Source of the DNA: a virus
Taxonomy: Duplodnaviria > Caudoviricetes
Direction: 5' to 3' (one strand)
DNA length: 64,000 bases
Virus record (IMG/VR): IMGVR_UViG_3300020814_000535
The position numbers and the translations under genes were made by a program. The first letter of the stretch is position 1. The number at the start of each line of letters is the position of its first letter. Below the pieces are notes generated by a model. That model had not been told where the DNA came from and made no database searches. It saw only the letters and a list, made by a program, of their open reading frames with translations. Shown here piece by piece: positions 46,693 to 57,747 of the stretch.

Positions 46693-48673
46693 GCATCGGG
46701 GTTACAAACGGATTGATGGAGTTTCTTCTCAAGATAATTGTAAGATAAATATCAGCTTTGGCGATATTCTTGTTTATATAAGTTATCGGATCGAGGATAA
46801 CTTTTCCTTCGTTCAGAAGTCTGGCGGACCTATCTCCAACAAGATCAATTATCGTAATCAAATCCGTTACCTTAGGAACAATGTACGAGTTCCCAAATGT
46901 CGGAGTATAACTGGCGGTATAATGATCCAGAGAACTAGAACGATCAGCAATCCTAATCCCACGCTTCATTCTCGACCCACTACCTGCTGTTTCGTTAGTC
47001 AAAGCAGATGCATCTGCTGGGTCTACAAAGAACCAGTTCACTCCGTAGGTTAGTAGATTGCCGTTCTTGTAAACCAAGACATCTGACGAATTCGACGCAG
47101 TGTAGAACATCAAAGAACTTCCGTCCTTTAGGCCCAACCCACTACTTACCCGACCAGAGAAAACTAGCTTTTCATGATAGATCCTTTTGGCTCGCCAAGG
47201 CAGGACGGGGAAAGTTTTCGTCGCAATAATATTGCCACTCTTATCTAAATACTGAGCTGTAGCCCAATACTCAATACTCCCATGATAATAATTCAAATCT
47301 TCCGTTGAGGTTTGGGTCGGATAGGTAAAGGCCGTCATCGCAATAGCACTATCTCCAACTACCTGGACAGGCCTTGTCTCGTTGGTTCTAAGAAGCAATT
47401 GTCCAGGCATATTGATCGTTTGTTTGGAAGAGACATAAATACTAGAATCTGTGTATTCGATCCTGCCGGCCCGAATGTTGTCTAACGCAAGTAGATATTC
47501 ATAGTAGTGATAAGAGTCCTTCTCTGGCTGGCTTAGAGAAAGCTTGTCTTTAATAAATGAAGACGAGAAAGCTTTCAGAAGGTCTTCTTCCGCGAGAGAG
47601 ATATTTGTTTCTAGATATGAGTAATCCAGAGTAGCCTTCTGGAAGTTTGTAAAGTCTTGTGCCTCAAACTGCTTTTCCTGGAAATTTTCTTGTTTGAAAT
47701 TAAGTGTCAATTGGGACGAAGAAACCCTATCAAAGCAAATCCGCTGAGTCTCTTTATCCAGGATTGTAGAAGTTGTATAGGCATTTCGCGCAGTAGCATT
47801 ACCGTCTAAATAAGTAATCGACTCCAGTGACATTGGATGTGGACTAGCTGGATCGATCTCTACAAAATTCACATCCTGGCTCACTGGCAATTCAATAGCG
47901 ATACTAGTGCTAACTCCATCTTCTGGATTGTATGAAAGAAGAACAGGAAGAGACCAGTAGGTGTGTTTCTGCCCGTCAATCAGGTTCTCAATTTCCGAAT
48001 TCATAAAGGTCGCTTCTAGTTCACTGCGCGCACTATCGCTGCCTGCTAAATGAATAGCTCCACGCAAAGTAATGTACTCTACCTTGTCGTAATTAAGAAT
48101 CAGGCGCTCACCTGTTTGGTCCACTACCGCATTCTTTTTTGCTGGAATAAACTTTCCAGTTCTAGGATCAAGATAGACAAAGCCTGCTATTACGTCAGTC
48201 CTGGAAACAGAGTGTGCCGCGACTTCTCTAAAAGTATCGAAAACCGCGTCATCAAAACCCTCTCCGCTTCTACGAATGAATTCGTAGAGTTCAACTTGTG
48301 CCTCCAGTTTATTGAGAGAACATTCAATTATCTTTAGAGAAACATCTTTGATCAAAGTTCCATGTGTATCTAACAAGCTATATAAATCATTTGCCTCAGA
48401 AAAAGCCGTCTCAAGATCGTCTGAAATATGCTCAACCATGTCATTGAATTCTTCAGAACTAATATCGTCTTTAGCAATGGCCTTCCACAACTTCATTGTT
48501 GGTTGAATTCTTTTTTCCAACAGAGCTGTAGTAAGAGTCTTCAGCTTATTCTTTAACTCATCGACAGTACGGATCTGTCCCTTTTCTTTTTGTCGTTGGA
48601 GGATCCGAAGTATTTGCTGGCCCTGAACTCCAGGGAGGGTCGTCTGGAGTTTGTCGAGGTAAGAGTAGGTCAC
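46640..48673 (-). CDS. Large virion structural protein (paralog family)
   Basis: 677 aa containing SSEEFN...DL and ENLIDG...TYW. Confidence 0.7.
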   Translation of the reverse strand: MTYSYLDKLQTTLPGVQGQQILRILQRQKEKGQIRTVDELKNKLKTLTTALLEKRIQPTMKLWKAIAKDDISSEEFNDMVEHISDDLETAFSEANDLYSLLDTHGTLIKDVSLKIIECSLNKLEAQVELYEFIRRSGEGFDDAVFDTFREVAAHSVSRTDVIAGFVYLDPRTGKFIPAKKNAVVDQTGERLILNYDKVEYITLRGAIHLAGSDSARSELEATFMNSEIENLIDGQKHTYWSLPVLLSYNPEDGVSTSIAIELPVSQDVNFVEIDPASPHPMSLESITYLDGNATARNAYTTSTILDKETQRICFDRVSSSQLTLNFKQENFQEKQFEAQDFTNFQKATLDYSYLETNISLAEEDLLKAFSSSFIKDKLSLSQPEKDSYHYYEYLLALDNIRAGRIEYTDSSIYVSSKQTINMPGQLLLRTNETRPVQVVGDSAIAMTAFTYPTQTSTEDLNYYHGSIEYWATAQYLDKSGNIIATKTFPVLPWRAKRIYHEKLVFSGRVSSGLGLKDGSSLMFYTASNSSDVLVYKNGNLLTYGVNWFFVDPADASALTNETAGSGSRMKRGIRIADRSSSLDHYTASYTPTFGNSYIVPKVTDLITIIDLVGDRSARLLNEGKVILDPITYINKNIAKADIYLTIILRRNSINPFVTPMLEDFLFAAGYKDTTKFE

Positions 48674-48676
48674 AAC

Positions 48677-49126
48677 TTAGATTTTACGCGGGCTAAAGAA
48701 ATGCCGCAAGAGCCGCTTGTTTAAATCAACTTCAACCGTTAACCATACTTCTTCTTTTGTCCGATAGCCTGGAAGAGCAATGATTCTTTCGGTCGGCTGT
48801 TCTGGAAAGACAGAAAAAACTTTAATCCCATACTGAGCAGGCGCGGTAACGACTTCTAGAAACTTGTCCGATTCGGTTAGTCTTCTTTGGATTCTTCTTC
48901 TGACCATTTTAGGTGTATCGCTATCCAACATTTCAATATCGTAGGTATCTGACTGCCAGTATTCTCCTGGCCCTTCAATGGAAATCCGATACGGTTTATT
49001 CTCCAATTCAACCTTGATAATTCCTTCGTTTCGGCTTCTTCGCCAAGAAGCCTTTTGCAGTCGAATAGCTTCGTCGGAACCTTCATAGACTGTTCCGTCG
49101 ATGAAATACTTAGTCCATTTGCCCAT
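48677..49126 (-). CDS. Hypothetical protein
   Basis: 149 aa with an ATG start after GAGG. Confidence 0.65.
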   Translation of the reverse strand: MGKWTKYFIDGTVYEGSDEAIRLQKASWRRSRNEGIIKVELENKPYRISIEGPGEYWQSDTYDIEMLDSDTPKMVRRRIQRRLTESDKFLEVVTAPAQYGIKVFSVFPEQPTERIIALPGYRTKEEVWLTVEVDLNKRLLRHFFSPRKI

Positions 49127-49134
49127 GCAGACCT

Positions 49135-49698
49135 CTAACTTGTGTAGGTATAGGTAAGGGTAACCTTGATTTGTCGAATGCCAACTGTATCTTCAGATTG
49201 AGGAACTGTAAACCTACACTTGAACCTCACGTTGGGGCCAGATCCTGTTTGAATGGTTTCGCTAGCAGTGCAACCCATATCTGTAACAAGACTAATCTTA
49301 TTAGCTGTACTGTCTCCAACTCCTGTGCGACATACAACGCCAATAGTCCTTCCAGTGTCAGTAACGCTCTTCGTGGTAACCGAAGGCCACGAGCCAGAAG
49401 GATAACTACTGTCTGCATCTAGATTTAATTCAAAGCCACCGTAATCGGCCGAGACCAAAGCATTTCCCCAGGCCAGAATCTCTGACAAGTCACCAGCTGC
49501 AGTAAAGTCTCCTCCATAACTATCCGAAGCAGCTTGAACATAGAACCCGCAGTCCGTTATCTCGTTAGCTCCATTGTGACGGATATAGATCTGCTGGGCA
49601 GTTGAAGATGAATTATTAGTCAGATCACCGTGATCTACAGAATTCCCTTCAATTGCACTCCCGCCATTTGTCGTACTCCAAGTGATAGAAACTGTCAC
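49135..49698 (-). CDS. Putative virion beta-sandwich protein
   Basis: S/T/G-rich 187 aa with a GTG start after GGAGG. Confidence 0.65.
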   Translation of the reverse strand: MTVSITWSTTNGGSAIEGNSVDHGDLTNNSSSTAQQIYIRHNGANEITDCGFYVQAASDSYGGDFTAAGDLSEILAWGNALVSADYGGFELNLDADSSYPSGSWPSVTTKSVTDTGRTIGVVCRTGVGDSTANKISLVTDMGCTASETIQTGSGPNVRFKCRFTVPQSEDTVGIRQIKVTLTYTYTS

Positions 49699-49710
49699 TG
49701 CGACCTCCAG

Positions 49711-51996
49711 TTAGACGAAGTAGGGATCGGTCCTCAAACAAACAACAGGACTATAAGATGACTCGTCGTCTCTAATCGCTTCTATGTAAAAATAATACAA
49801 GGTTCTAGGATATAGATTACTAACAGAATACGAGTTCATTGGTGTCGCATCTGTTAACTCAGAGCTATTATGGCATGTAAATTGTTTATCGGGCAATGAT
49901 GAATAATAGACATTGTAGGTTGTATAAGGACCATAAGTTGGCCATTTTAATTGGACGGTACCTGAAACAGTAATATTGTCTATTAGATCAGCTTGAACAA
50001 TCCCTGATACAATAACTGGTTTTACAGCTCCATAGGTTCTGATTACTGGATAGTGTGCAAAGTCAACGTGTCTGTTAACAATGTCTTTGACGTCCGCGAG
50101 GGTAAATGTTTCATCCGCCAAAAGTGATTGAGGAATCTCGACAACAAAACTTCCTGCTCCAGGATAAGGTTGTTCGTCGTCCCAATACCAAGCAGCTTCT
50201 GGTTGTTCCGCCAAAGCATCTGTTTGGTGCTCTTCTAAAATTCCTCCCCCACGAACTCTAACATCTAACTCAGTTAGAGCCTGAGGGGCAATCGACTCTC
50301 CAACGTAGGCCTCACAAATAGGAAGGAATTGAGGGTTCTCTTGTAGATTGAGAAGCCATTGTTCAGAGAGTCCTGTTTTGGAGGCCAGACTTGTTTTGAC
50401 CGTATATTTATCAACAAAGGAAATGTTGTCTGCGTAACCCGCAAAAACTCCTGCATATTCATCTGCTGGTCTCCAACGCAAACCACTGGCAGTAGAAGGT
50501 TTGTCGTAATAGATAGTGTGTGTCGGCTCGCCATCCGTATCGAAATCTTCGGCCAATAACTTAACTGTCCCGCCATCAATCGACCCAGTTCCATCTCTTG
50601 CCTGGCTACAAAAAGTAACCTTTCCTTCTTTGTTTACCCTTAAATAATGAAGCGACGAAGACAGAGATCCCGTTGTAGTTGTCTCGGGAACTATATAAAT
50701 AACAATACGCTGATTAAGAATATTGACGTTTGAGAGAGGATTGAAGTCTACCTCAGTGAAATCGTATTCGTCGGCTTCTGTATAATAATTTACATATATT
50801 TTTCTATCTTCAGGAATAGTGTTGGTTATCTGAATAAGCCCATCTTGTTGGTTAACACTTAGAATCCCTGTCTGATAGGTTGCATTTCCAATAGTAGTCC
50901 CGACAAGAGATGAATTGGTTGTGTAGGCTGTTTCTGCCGCCGTTTCATCCGCATCGTAAATTACGACGTCGATATAAAGTCCACCGCCCGCATCATCCAC
51001 AACATTCCTAGAAACCTTAACTAGATTCGCATGAATCCAAGTTGAGAGTTCCTTGTTGATAAATTTATAGGGGTAATATGGATTGAACGACTGGCTCAGG
51101 AACTCGGAGATTTTGTACTTACACGAACGATAGGAAGATTCGCCCACGCGCACGGGCGCAATGAACTCCCCATTTGTAATCCTCAAATACCAAGGTTCAG
51201 ACACATCTTCTGCTGTCGGATACTTCGCATAAATCCTAGAAGTATCTCTTTCTTTGTAGGCATACTTAGCAGCTCCACCAGCAGGAAGAGTAATTGTATA
51301 AGACTGACCCCCAGGTGTAGCTTCAAAGAAATAGGCTTTGCTGGTGATAGAAAGATTGTTCCATTCATTGAGATCATCGTAAGAAGCTTCATGAAACGCA
51401 GGAACATTATTAAGCAATTCGTGATATGTGTACAAAGCCCCGGAAACTTTAACGCTGTATCTTACGTAAAAAACTTCCAGAGGCGTCTCCGAACAAACAA
51501 GATTGTTGTAGAGCTTGCCAGTTGTCGAATCTAGCTTGTATTCCGACAACGTCTGTGGCTCCATCAATTGATTGAGGATTTCAAAGGAGACCAGGACTCT
51601 GTTATCCCAATCAGACAAGCTCGAATTATATCCTTTGAATTCGTGGCAGAAGAACAGAGGGGTCTCTTCTTGTGTCGCTGTATCGGTTGTGAACTGGTCT
51701 GTTACAAGAAAGTCTTTTCCTTTGATAGTAAAACTATAGCCTGAAGTTGTAATGTATTCATCTTCGTAATAGATAGTATTTTGAGGCAGACATCTGCCTT
51801 GATCCGAGAGAAAGAGATTGTCTTCTGGAGATGGTTTTTCTCCCATCAAATGGGCAAGGTTTACATGGGTTGAGTCTGTCAGGCTCTTGTAGAGGATATT
51901 GACTCGCCGCTTCTTGATATTTAAGCGGATGTCTGGATAAGTCTGGTAGGTAATACCAGATAGAGTGAAGGAGTTGTAGAAACTAGAGATAGACAA
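49711..51996 (-). CDS. Virion structural protein with C-terminal fibronectin type III domain
   Basis: VQLKW...YNVYY...YSVSNLYPRTLYYFYIEA; also contains DVRVRGGG. Confidence 0.75.
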   Translation of the reverse strand: MSISSFYNSFTLSGITYQTYPDIRLNIKKRRVNILYKSLTDSTHVNLAHLMGEKPSPEDNLFLSDQGRCLPQNTIYYEDEYITTSGYSFTIKGKDFLVTDQFTTDTATQEETPLFFCHEFKGYNSSLSDWDNRVLVSFEILNQLMEPQTLSEYKLDSTTGKLYNNLVCSETPLEVFYVRYSVKVSGALYTYHELLNNVPAFHEASYDDLNEWNNLSITSKAYFFEATPGGQSYTITLPAGGAAKYAYKERDTSRIYAKYPTAEDVSEPWYLRITNGEFIAPVRVGESSYRSCKYKISEFLSQSFNPYYPYKFINKELSTWIHANLVKVSRNVVDDAGGGLYIDVVIYDADETAAETAYTTNSSLVGTTIGNATYQTGILSVNQQDGLIQITNTIPEDRKIYVNYYTEADEYDFTEVDFNPLSNVNILNQRIVIYIVPETTTTGSLSSSLHYLRVNKEGKVTFCSQARDGTGSIDGGTVKLLAEDFDTDGEPTHTIYYDKPSTASGLRWRPADEYAGVFAGYADNISFVDKYTVKTSLASKTGLSEQWLLNLQENPQFLPICEAYVGESIAPQALTELDVRVRGGGILEEHQTDALAEQPEAAWYWDDEQPYPGAGSFVVEIPQSLLADETFTLADVKDIVNRHVDFAHYPVIRTYGAVKPVIVSGIVQADLIDNITVSGTVQLKWPTYGPYTTYNVYYSSLPDKQFTCHNSSELTDATPMNSYSVSNLYPRTLYYFYIEAIRDDESSYSPVVCLRTDPYFV

Positions 51997-54375
51997 TTAA
52001 TACTCCCAAATACGGTAAACAACGTAGATATGAGCAAGATAAAAATCCCCTGCTCCGGCCTGGCTTTCAAAATGAATAAAAGGAGCTTTTAAATCATAGG
52101 GGTCAACTGTATCTAAATCACTATTGATCTCTGCTAATCCAGTTATGTAAACTGGATCCTCGGGATTGAACAAAAGATGCGAGTCTGTTCTTTGCCAAGC
52201 TGTGCTTTCTCCAGCGAATCTATAAGAAAAGTCAGCAGGGGCGCCTATGGGATCTCGACACAGATCTTTATATACATCTATTTCTGAAGACGGCCTGCTT
52301 GCATCGAGATAATTTTCCCTACCTAACGTGATAGATAGGTCTCCAACATTAAATCCCTCTACGCTTTTTAATGCCATCTTCATATTTACTATAAGGTACC
52401 GAACAAACGGTATCTTTATATAGGCAAAGGCTTGAGTTTGAGTTGCTCCTGTTTTCTTCATCATAACCGCTGCGCCGCCATATGAAGAGAGGATCTCCAC
52501 CTCTTTCGAATCTATTGCCCGACTATCTCCCTCGTTAATGCCTCCGTTGTAGACTGAAAAATCATTGGCGGAAATATGCCATAATCTTGGTTTTCCCCAT
52601 CCGCCAGGTGAAATACCAGTCGAGCCAGAATCGCCGTAAGTTGAATGGTTGTAATGCCCGGCGTAATGCTGATTGGCCTGAATAATGCCGCCTCTGCCTT
52701 CTCCCATCGTTATCGAACGATCTTCAATTGATATTGCGCCATTAGTTCCGAAAACCGGAGCTATTCTTGCCCCTTTTCCAGAAGTACTATCATAAAAATT
52801 AATTGTTTTTTTTGTCGAATTATTCCCGTATAACAACAATCCCTGATAGATGGGGTCGTAAAGCATTCTCGTGCCATTCGTCGAGTCTCCAAAACGGAGT
52901 CCGTAGGAATATCCAAGAAGATTTTGATGGTTGTCTGCGCTATTGACCGAAAGGAAAAAAATATCTCCAAGCATTCCGTTGCAAAATCTGTCTCTCTCTG
53001 CCGCGTTATATCCACCTCTATGTAGATACTGAGGATGATGATCGTTGAGAATAGCCGGACGAGTCCAGACGTCTGTTGCGATTCCTAACAGACCGGCCAT
53101 TTCTTGTGGATAAAAGTTGTCTTTAAGAGAAGCATGGTCGATTGGTTTTGACGGGAAAGTCCCATTTAGATCTGAATGGTCGTGATCAAGAAAGGCTTTG
53201 GTCAGCGCTGAAAGAGTATCTCCAATAGACGTGCCAATAGTGATTAACTTCAATCCAGTCGAAGGGTAATACACAGGAGTATGAGTATCTCTAGACGTTA
53301 AAGCGTCAGCGGGATAAGCAACTCCCACGTTACTTGTACACCACGCATCTAAAGCCGCCCCACTAGCAACAAGAACATATTTACGAGGAGCAACGGGGCT
53401 TAAACTTGAATCCTCGGCATAAAAAGTGACCCCATCTAAAATCGTTCCAGTTCCCGCAGAATCCCAAAGATAAAGCATTCCCGCTGGAAGAACACTTTCA
53501 AACGTCCAATTATCGGTAATAACTTTTGGTAATCTATAGCGATAGTGTTCCCCGTTATCGCCTGTCGCCGCTTGGACAGGAGTCCCGCTATCGTCAAAAT
53601 GTTGCCAAAAAGTTGTATAGGCACTCGTCGGATCTGTTTGCATATTATAAGTATTTGAAGAAGCATCGTAAGGACTTTGTGGCGATCTGTCTAAAAATCT
53701 AGTCGAGTCTAGGGGTCCACGAGGAGGAAGGAAGATTATATATCCAGCCGAATTATCTACATTATTCTTGTAGGCAATCTTGCAACTTGCAAAGCTATAT
53801 GAAACTTCCTGAGCTGGATCTGGAATAATATTAAACGTTGAATTTGCGCTAAGATCTCCGCAAGCAGCTGGAGTATAGGTTAATACCCAATCTGCTTGAG
53901 CTGGTAGATTTGTATAAACTCTTCCCGTACTATCGTCTATCGACCAGTCTGTTAGGCCAGTCATTAAACCTCTAGTAGTAGGCGTATTACTTGGAGTGCT
54001 TGTGCCAGACCACGAAAATGATGACAGGCTATGGGCGGGTAAGCTTAAAGTAATCTCATATTGCCCAACATCAGAAGAAACCACTTTATGCGAATAAACC
54101 TGCGTTGTATCCAAATAAGGAATCATTGGGCCAGACAACTTTGAAGATCCCAGATATCTTGCAATATTAGGAATCATTAGGGCATAGGTAGAAACCCCAG
54201 CGCTTCTTAAAAAAGAATCTCCGGCTTGATTCCAGATATCTCCAATTGCGTATTCCGCAATACCAAAAGCATTCCTGGTCTCAGTAGAAAAACCCTGCAT
54301 CTTGGTCGGAGCGACAACCTCGCCCTGCGAGAATGTAACTGCAATCGGGAAAGTCCTTCTTAGTTTATCTGCCAA
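51997..54375 (-). CDS. Putative tail fibre protein
   Basis: HDH and DHHPQYLHR motifs typical of fibres; 792 aa. Confidence 0.65.
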   Translation of the reverse strand: MADKLRRTFPIAVTFSQGEVVAPTKMQGFSTETRNAFGIAEYAIGDIWNQAGDSFLRSAGVSTYALMIPNIARYLGSSKLSGPMIPYLDTTQVYSHKVVSSDVGQYEITLSLPAHSLSSFSWSGTSTPSNTPTTRGLMTGLTDWSIDDSTGRVYTNLPAQADWVLTYTPAACGDLSANSTFNIIPDPAQEVSYSFASCKIAYKNNVDNSAGYIIFLPPRGPLDSTRFLDRSPQSPYDASSNTYNMQTDPTSAYTTFWQHFDDSGTPVQAATGDNGEHYRYRLPKVITDNWTFESVLPAGMLYLWDSAGTGTILDGVTFYAEDSSLSPVAPRKYVLVASGAALDAWCTSNVGVAYPADALTSRDTHTPVYYPSTGLKLITIGTSIGDTLSALTKAFLDHDHSDLNGTFPSKPIDHASLKDNFYPQEMAGLLGIATDVWTRPAILNDHHPQYLHRGGYNAAERDRFCNGMLGDIFFLSVNSADNHQNLLGYSYGLRFGDSTNGTRMLYDPIYQGLLLYGNNSTKKTINFYDSTSGKGARIAPVFGTNGAISIEDRSITMGEGRGGIIQANQHYAGHYNHSTYGDSGSTGISPGGWGKPRLWHISANDFSVYNGGINEGDSRAIDSKEVEILSSYGGAAVMMKKTGATQTQAFAYIKIPFVRYLIVNMKMALKSVEGFNVGDLSITLGRENYLDASRPSSEIDVYKDLCRDPIGAPADFSYRFAGESTAWQRTDSHLLFNPEDPVYITGLAEINSDLDTVDPYDLKAPFIHFESQAGAGDFYLAHIYVVYRIWEY

Positions 54376-54384
54376 AGTATCCTC

Positions 54385-56811
54385 CTAGCTAATAGAGGTA
54401 ATATCAAAGCTATGAACCAAGCTTCGTCCTGGCCAAATGTCTGGGTCTGAAGTCTCATTGACATCTAGGAAACAGATTCCACCAAGTGCCGAAGCCAGTG
54501 TAATAGTTGATGACTTCAATCTCCAACCGAACGGAATTCGTTTTCCAATCAGGTCTCCAGGCAACATCGCAGCCAAAATACTCGAAATCTCAGACAACGA
54601 AATATTGTTCAGATCTTCAATAATCCACAAACCACTCATGTGAGGTGGAATCGTTATCTGAAGACTAATCTCATTACTGTAAACCCATTCTCTTGTTATT
54701 GCGTTCCAGGCCTTCGCCTTAATTTTAACAGAAGTTGGCGCAACAATAAAATAGGAATAAAAATCGCCGGATGGAGCATCTAGAGTAAATGAGCTTGTAT
54801 CGTAAACAATGTCATATCCAGTTGGGTCCAACGCAATAATATCAATCGGTTGGAATGGAGAAACAGACGGAGTTGTGTAATCATGAGGGTCTAGGGCTGT
54901 ATTGTCGTCCGTAGCCACAAGAATCTTCTTGCCTGTATTCGTGCTTCCGAATAGAGCTGGACGAGCCAGATCCCACAGCAATCGATGGGTAGCTTCGTAA
55001 TCAATTGCTTTTGGAGAAGTAGTTGTTGTGCCGGGAACATTTCCAGTAGACCCCGTAATAGACTCTTCATCAAAGAACTGAGAATAGTAAGACTCTAGTT
55101 GGTCTTCCTCTGTATCTGGAACTGTGTAATCTCGATAGCCAAGGAAAGGATCATCAGTCAGAACTTTAAATAGAAAGACTTCGTCTTCTCCACCTTCGAT
55201 TTGAAGGCTAGAGAGTCGGAGCTTAGTTATTTGGGTTACGCCTGGATATTCAGGAGGAGCGACAGTGGTAGCCATCGTAGTTGTCTGCTCACCAATCTCA
55301 TCAATCATTGCAGGGGTATTATAATAGGTTTTTGCCTGGCCTTCAGCATTGGTTACAGCTTCAATAGAAGTCTCGCCGCCACTAAAATACCCAATCGTAG
55401 GCGAGCTAGTAATCTCAAAAGTTACATCGATATCTTCAAGCGGAAGTCCTCTTCTGTTATAGACTGTGGCAATTAGGCTGGCATACACATTGCCAAGATA
55501 AACGGGGCCAAAGACATCTTCACTGATTTCATCCAACTCGGCTTCTAATATGATCGAGAAAGGCTGATAGGATTCGTCAGTTACAAATACAAACCCTCGA
55601 TCAGAATACTTTCGAATCATATTGGCGTTTACGTCTAGGCAAAGAAGATCGTCTGTTGCATCTTCTGCTTCGTATTCAATCTGCAGGGTTTTGTAATACG
55701 AGGCGTATACGGAATAACCAGCCAAAGAAGCGAACCCAGAAACGTCTCCTCCACCAGTCGCAACAATCACACCAGGAAACTTAAAGATACCAAGATCATA
55801 ATCAACTCCAACTTGATATTCTTCTAACTCCGTATCCAAGCCAGCAATAACCGTCCATTCTTGATACACTCCAGAACCTTCTAAAGTTGTATAGACCTTT
55901 ACATTTTTAGAACTATCTATCGGGGAATATTGAGTATAGATTAGCTGCCCATCCGAACCATTAAGATATCCAATCAGCACACTTGTCTCTCCTGTAAACC
56001 CTCCTACTGCTTCACAGAATTGATCGTTAAAAACAAGAGATGGATAGGTTGCTAATCCAGACCAAGTAATCACAAATTCTGGTCTGCCAGCGTCGATGTT
56101 GTGATAAAGGATTGCTTCGGTATCTTCGTTGTAAGTATCTTGGCGAACATTGTCGGCATCTCGAATTCCTGTGAATCGAGACTTCTGTCTAACGTCAGTA
56201 CTGACTAAATACTTACATTGTTCGCTATCCCAAGCGTACTGCCTAGCTACAATTGGAACGCCGATCTTTGGGCGGTTCGTTAAAGTCACCTTATTCATTG
56301 AAGTCGAAATGCCGGGAACTACATCTGCATACTCTAAGTTAATGTATTCAGAATCATCGCTGTGTAGATAACTTCTCTCGTCGTAAATAAAGTAGTTGCC
56401 GTGCTTTATCCTCAAGGCCCAAATGTTTTGATAGGTGTCTGCGTGCCACAATCCAGAGACCGTAACCTTTTCAATCTCGTCGAGTTCAAGGTCTGTTCCG
56501 CCGCCAATTCCTGAACGGAAATAGCTCTCTGTAATGCCAGAAGTTGTGGCATCATAAATTGTAGGAACAGCAAAGTTGTTCTTCATTTCTTCGTCAATCC
56601 AAACCATCTGGTCCCACTTCCAGCCTTCAATTTTGTTAGCTGTAATAGGATGAGCTTCGTCTGTGTATTTAGATCTAAAAGCTATCTTAGCTGAGTCATA
56701 GGAGTTTGAGCCATGATAGCTCCCTAGCTCAGCAAAGGTGATGCCTGGAGGAGAGATCCCGACGGGAGAGACGGCTGCAGACGAAACTACGTATCCAGAA
56801 GGTACGGTCAA
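54385..56811 (-). CDS. Virion structural protein with bacterial Ig-like (Big-1) domain
   Basis: LIATVYNRRGLPLEDIDVTF...AVTNAEGQA and VDYDLG; very acidic. Confidence 0.75.
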   Translation of the reverse strand: MTVPSGYVVSSAAVSPVGISPPGITFAELGSYHGSNSYDSAKIAFRSKYTDEAHPITANKIEGWKWDQMVWIDEEMKNNFAVPTIYDATTSGITESYFRSGIGGGTDLELDEIEKVTVSGLWHADTYQNIWALRIKHGNYFIYDERSYLHSDDSEYINLEYADVVPGISTSMNKVTLTNRPKIGVPIVARQYAWDSEQCKYLVSTDVRQKSRFTGIRDADNVRQDTYNEDTEAILYHNIDAGRPEFVITWSGLATYPSLVFNDQFCEAVGGFTGETSVLIGYLNGSDGQLIYTQYSPIDSSKNVKVYTTLEGSGVYQEWTVIAGLDTELEEYQVGVDYDLGIFKFPGVIVATGGGDVSGFASLAGYSVYASYYKTLQIEYEAEDATDDLLCLDVNANMIRKYSDRGFVFVTDESYQPFSIILEAELDEISEDVFGPVYLGNVYASLIATVYNRRGLPLEDIDVTFEITSSPTIGYFSGGETSIEAVTNAEGQAKTYYNTPAMIDEIGEQTTTMATTVAPPEYPGVTQITKLRLSSLQIEGGEDEVFLFKVLTDDPFLGYRDYTVPDTEEDQLESYYSQFFDEESITGSTGNVPGTTTTSPKAIDYEATHRLLWDLARPALFGSTNTGKKILVATDDNTALDPHDYTTPSVSPFQPIDIIALDPTGYDIVYDTSSFTLDAPSGDFYSYFIVAPTSVKIKAKAWNAITREWVYSNEISLQITIPPHMSGLWIIEDLNNISLSEISSILAAMLPGDLIGKRIPFGWRLKSSTITLASALGGICFLDVNETSDPDIWPGRSLVHSFDITSIS

Positions 56812-57747
56812 TTACTCACCCCAGTATCCTGGAAATACACTTACAAGTTCGTTGATAATGTCTGCCCCGACCATCGTTGTTTCTCCATGTTCATATGTTC
56901 CATCGTCTTGAAGGATCTGTTCAAACATCTTAACTCTAAAGTTGTCGTTTGTTACATCATGCAATATTACAGGAGAAGCCAGTGCGTTAAAAGGAAAAAC
57001 GGTATAACAGTATCTTACCGTAGTATTAAGAACAGGAATAGAATAGACATCCACAATCCCAGTTGTGTAATCAATATAATAGTCGCCCGCGCTATCAACC
57101 TCGCCAGCTGTATCTTTCTCTTCTTTAAATACAACTCTGTCTTCAAAATAGACTGTTCCTGGGCATAACCAGCGTCTAATGCGGAACCTGTTGCTTTGCG
57201 GGACGTCTTCAACATCTATCCATTTTCGATTGTCCTGATTCACAATAGTCATTGAGCTTGTCCACTGATCAACCTCGGGACAAACGCCGGCTTCAAAATA
57301 GGCAGACTGATTAATTCTGCTGACCAGCCTACTGTATACCTCAAAACCCCCTGCATCATATCTGTCCAGAGTACAATCCAAAGTTCCATTTCGATAGTCT
57401 GAATAGAGATAAACATACACGCCATCAAACTTCACATAGGGATCTGGGGCAATAAAAGCTCCATTCCTCAACTTTGGATTAACCCAAATACCGTCATAAA
57501 CACTGAGGCCCAATTCTCTAGTGATGCCATAGATAAGTCCGAGGTAAGCGGAATTGGCGCGGCGTGAATAAACTTCCTCTAAACGAATCTTGTATTCATA
57601 ATCAGATTCATTCTTTAGTCGTTTTAGACTAAGAGGAATCCCATGTTCATCTAAGGCTCCAAATGCCGTATAGGGAGTTGGAGTTGAAATGATTCTGGTT
57701 TCATAGAGATTAAAATAATGATGGATAGAAGAGGTGGTCGTTGGCAT
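56812..57747 (-). CDS. Baseplate wedge-like protein
   Basis: LDEHG...RLKNESDYEYKIRL motif, located downstream of the baseplate J gene. Confidence 0.65.
   Translation of the reverse strand: MPTTTSSIHHYFNLYETRIISTPTPYTAFGALDEHGIPLSLKRLKNESDYEYKIRLEEVYSRRANSAYLGLIYGITRELGLSVYDGIWVNPKLRNGAFIAPDPYVKFDGVYVYLYSDYRNGTLDCTLDRYDAGGFEVYSRLVSRINQSAYFEAGVCPEVDQWTSSMTIVNQDNRKWIDVEDVPQSNRFRIRRWLCPGTVYFEDRVVFKEEKDTAGEVDSAGDYYIDYTTGIVDVYSIPVLNTTVRYCYTVFPFNALASPVILHDVTNDNFRVKMFEQILQDDGTYEHGETTMVGADIINELVSVFPGYWGE

Noticed and set aside
36888-54375. Diversity-generating retroelement targeting the fibre genes
   Set aside because: No reverse transcriptase and no template/variable repeat pair noticed in this window.
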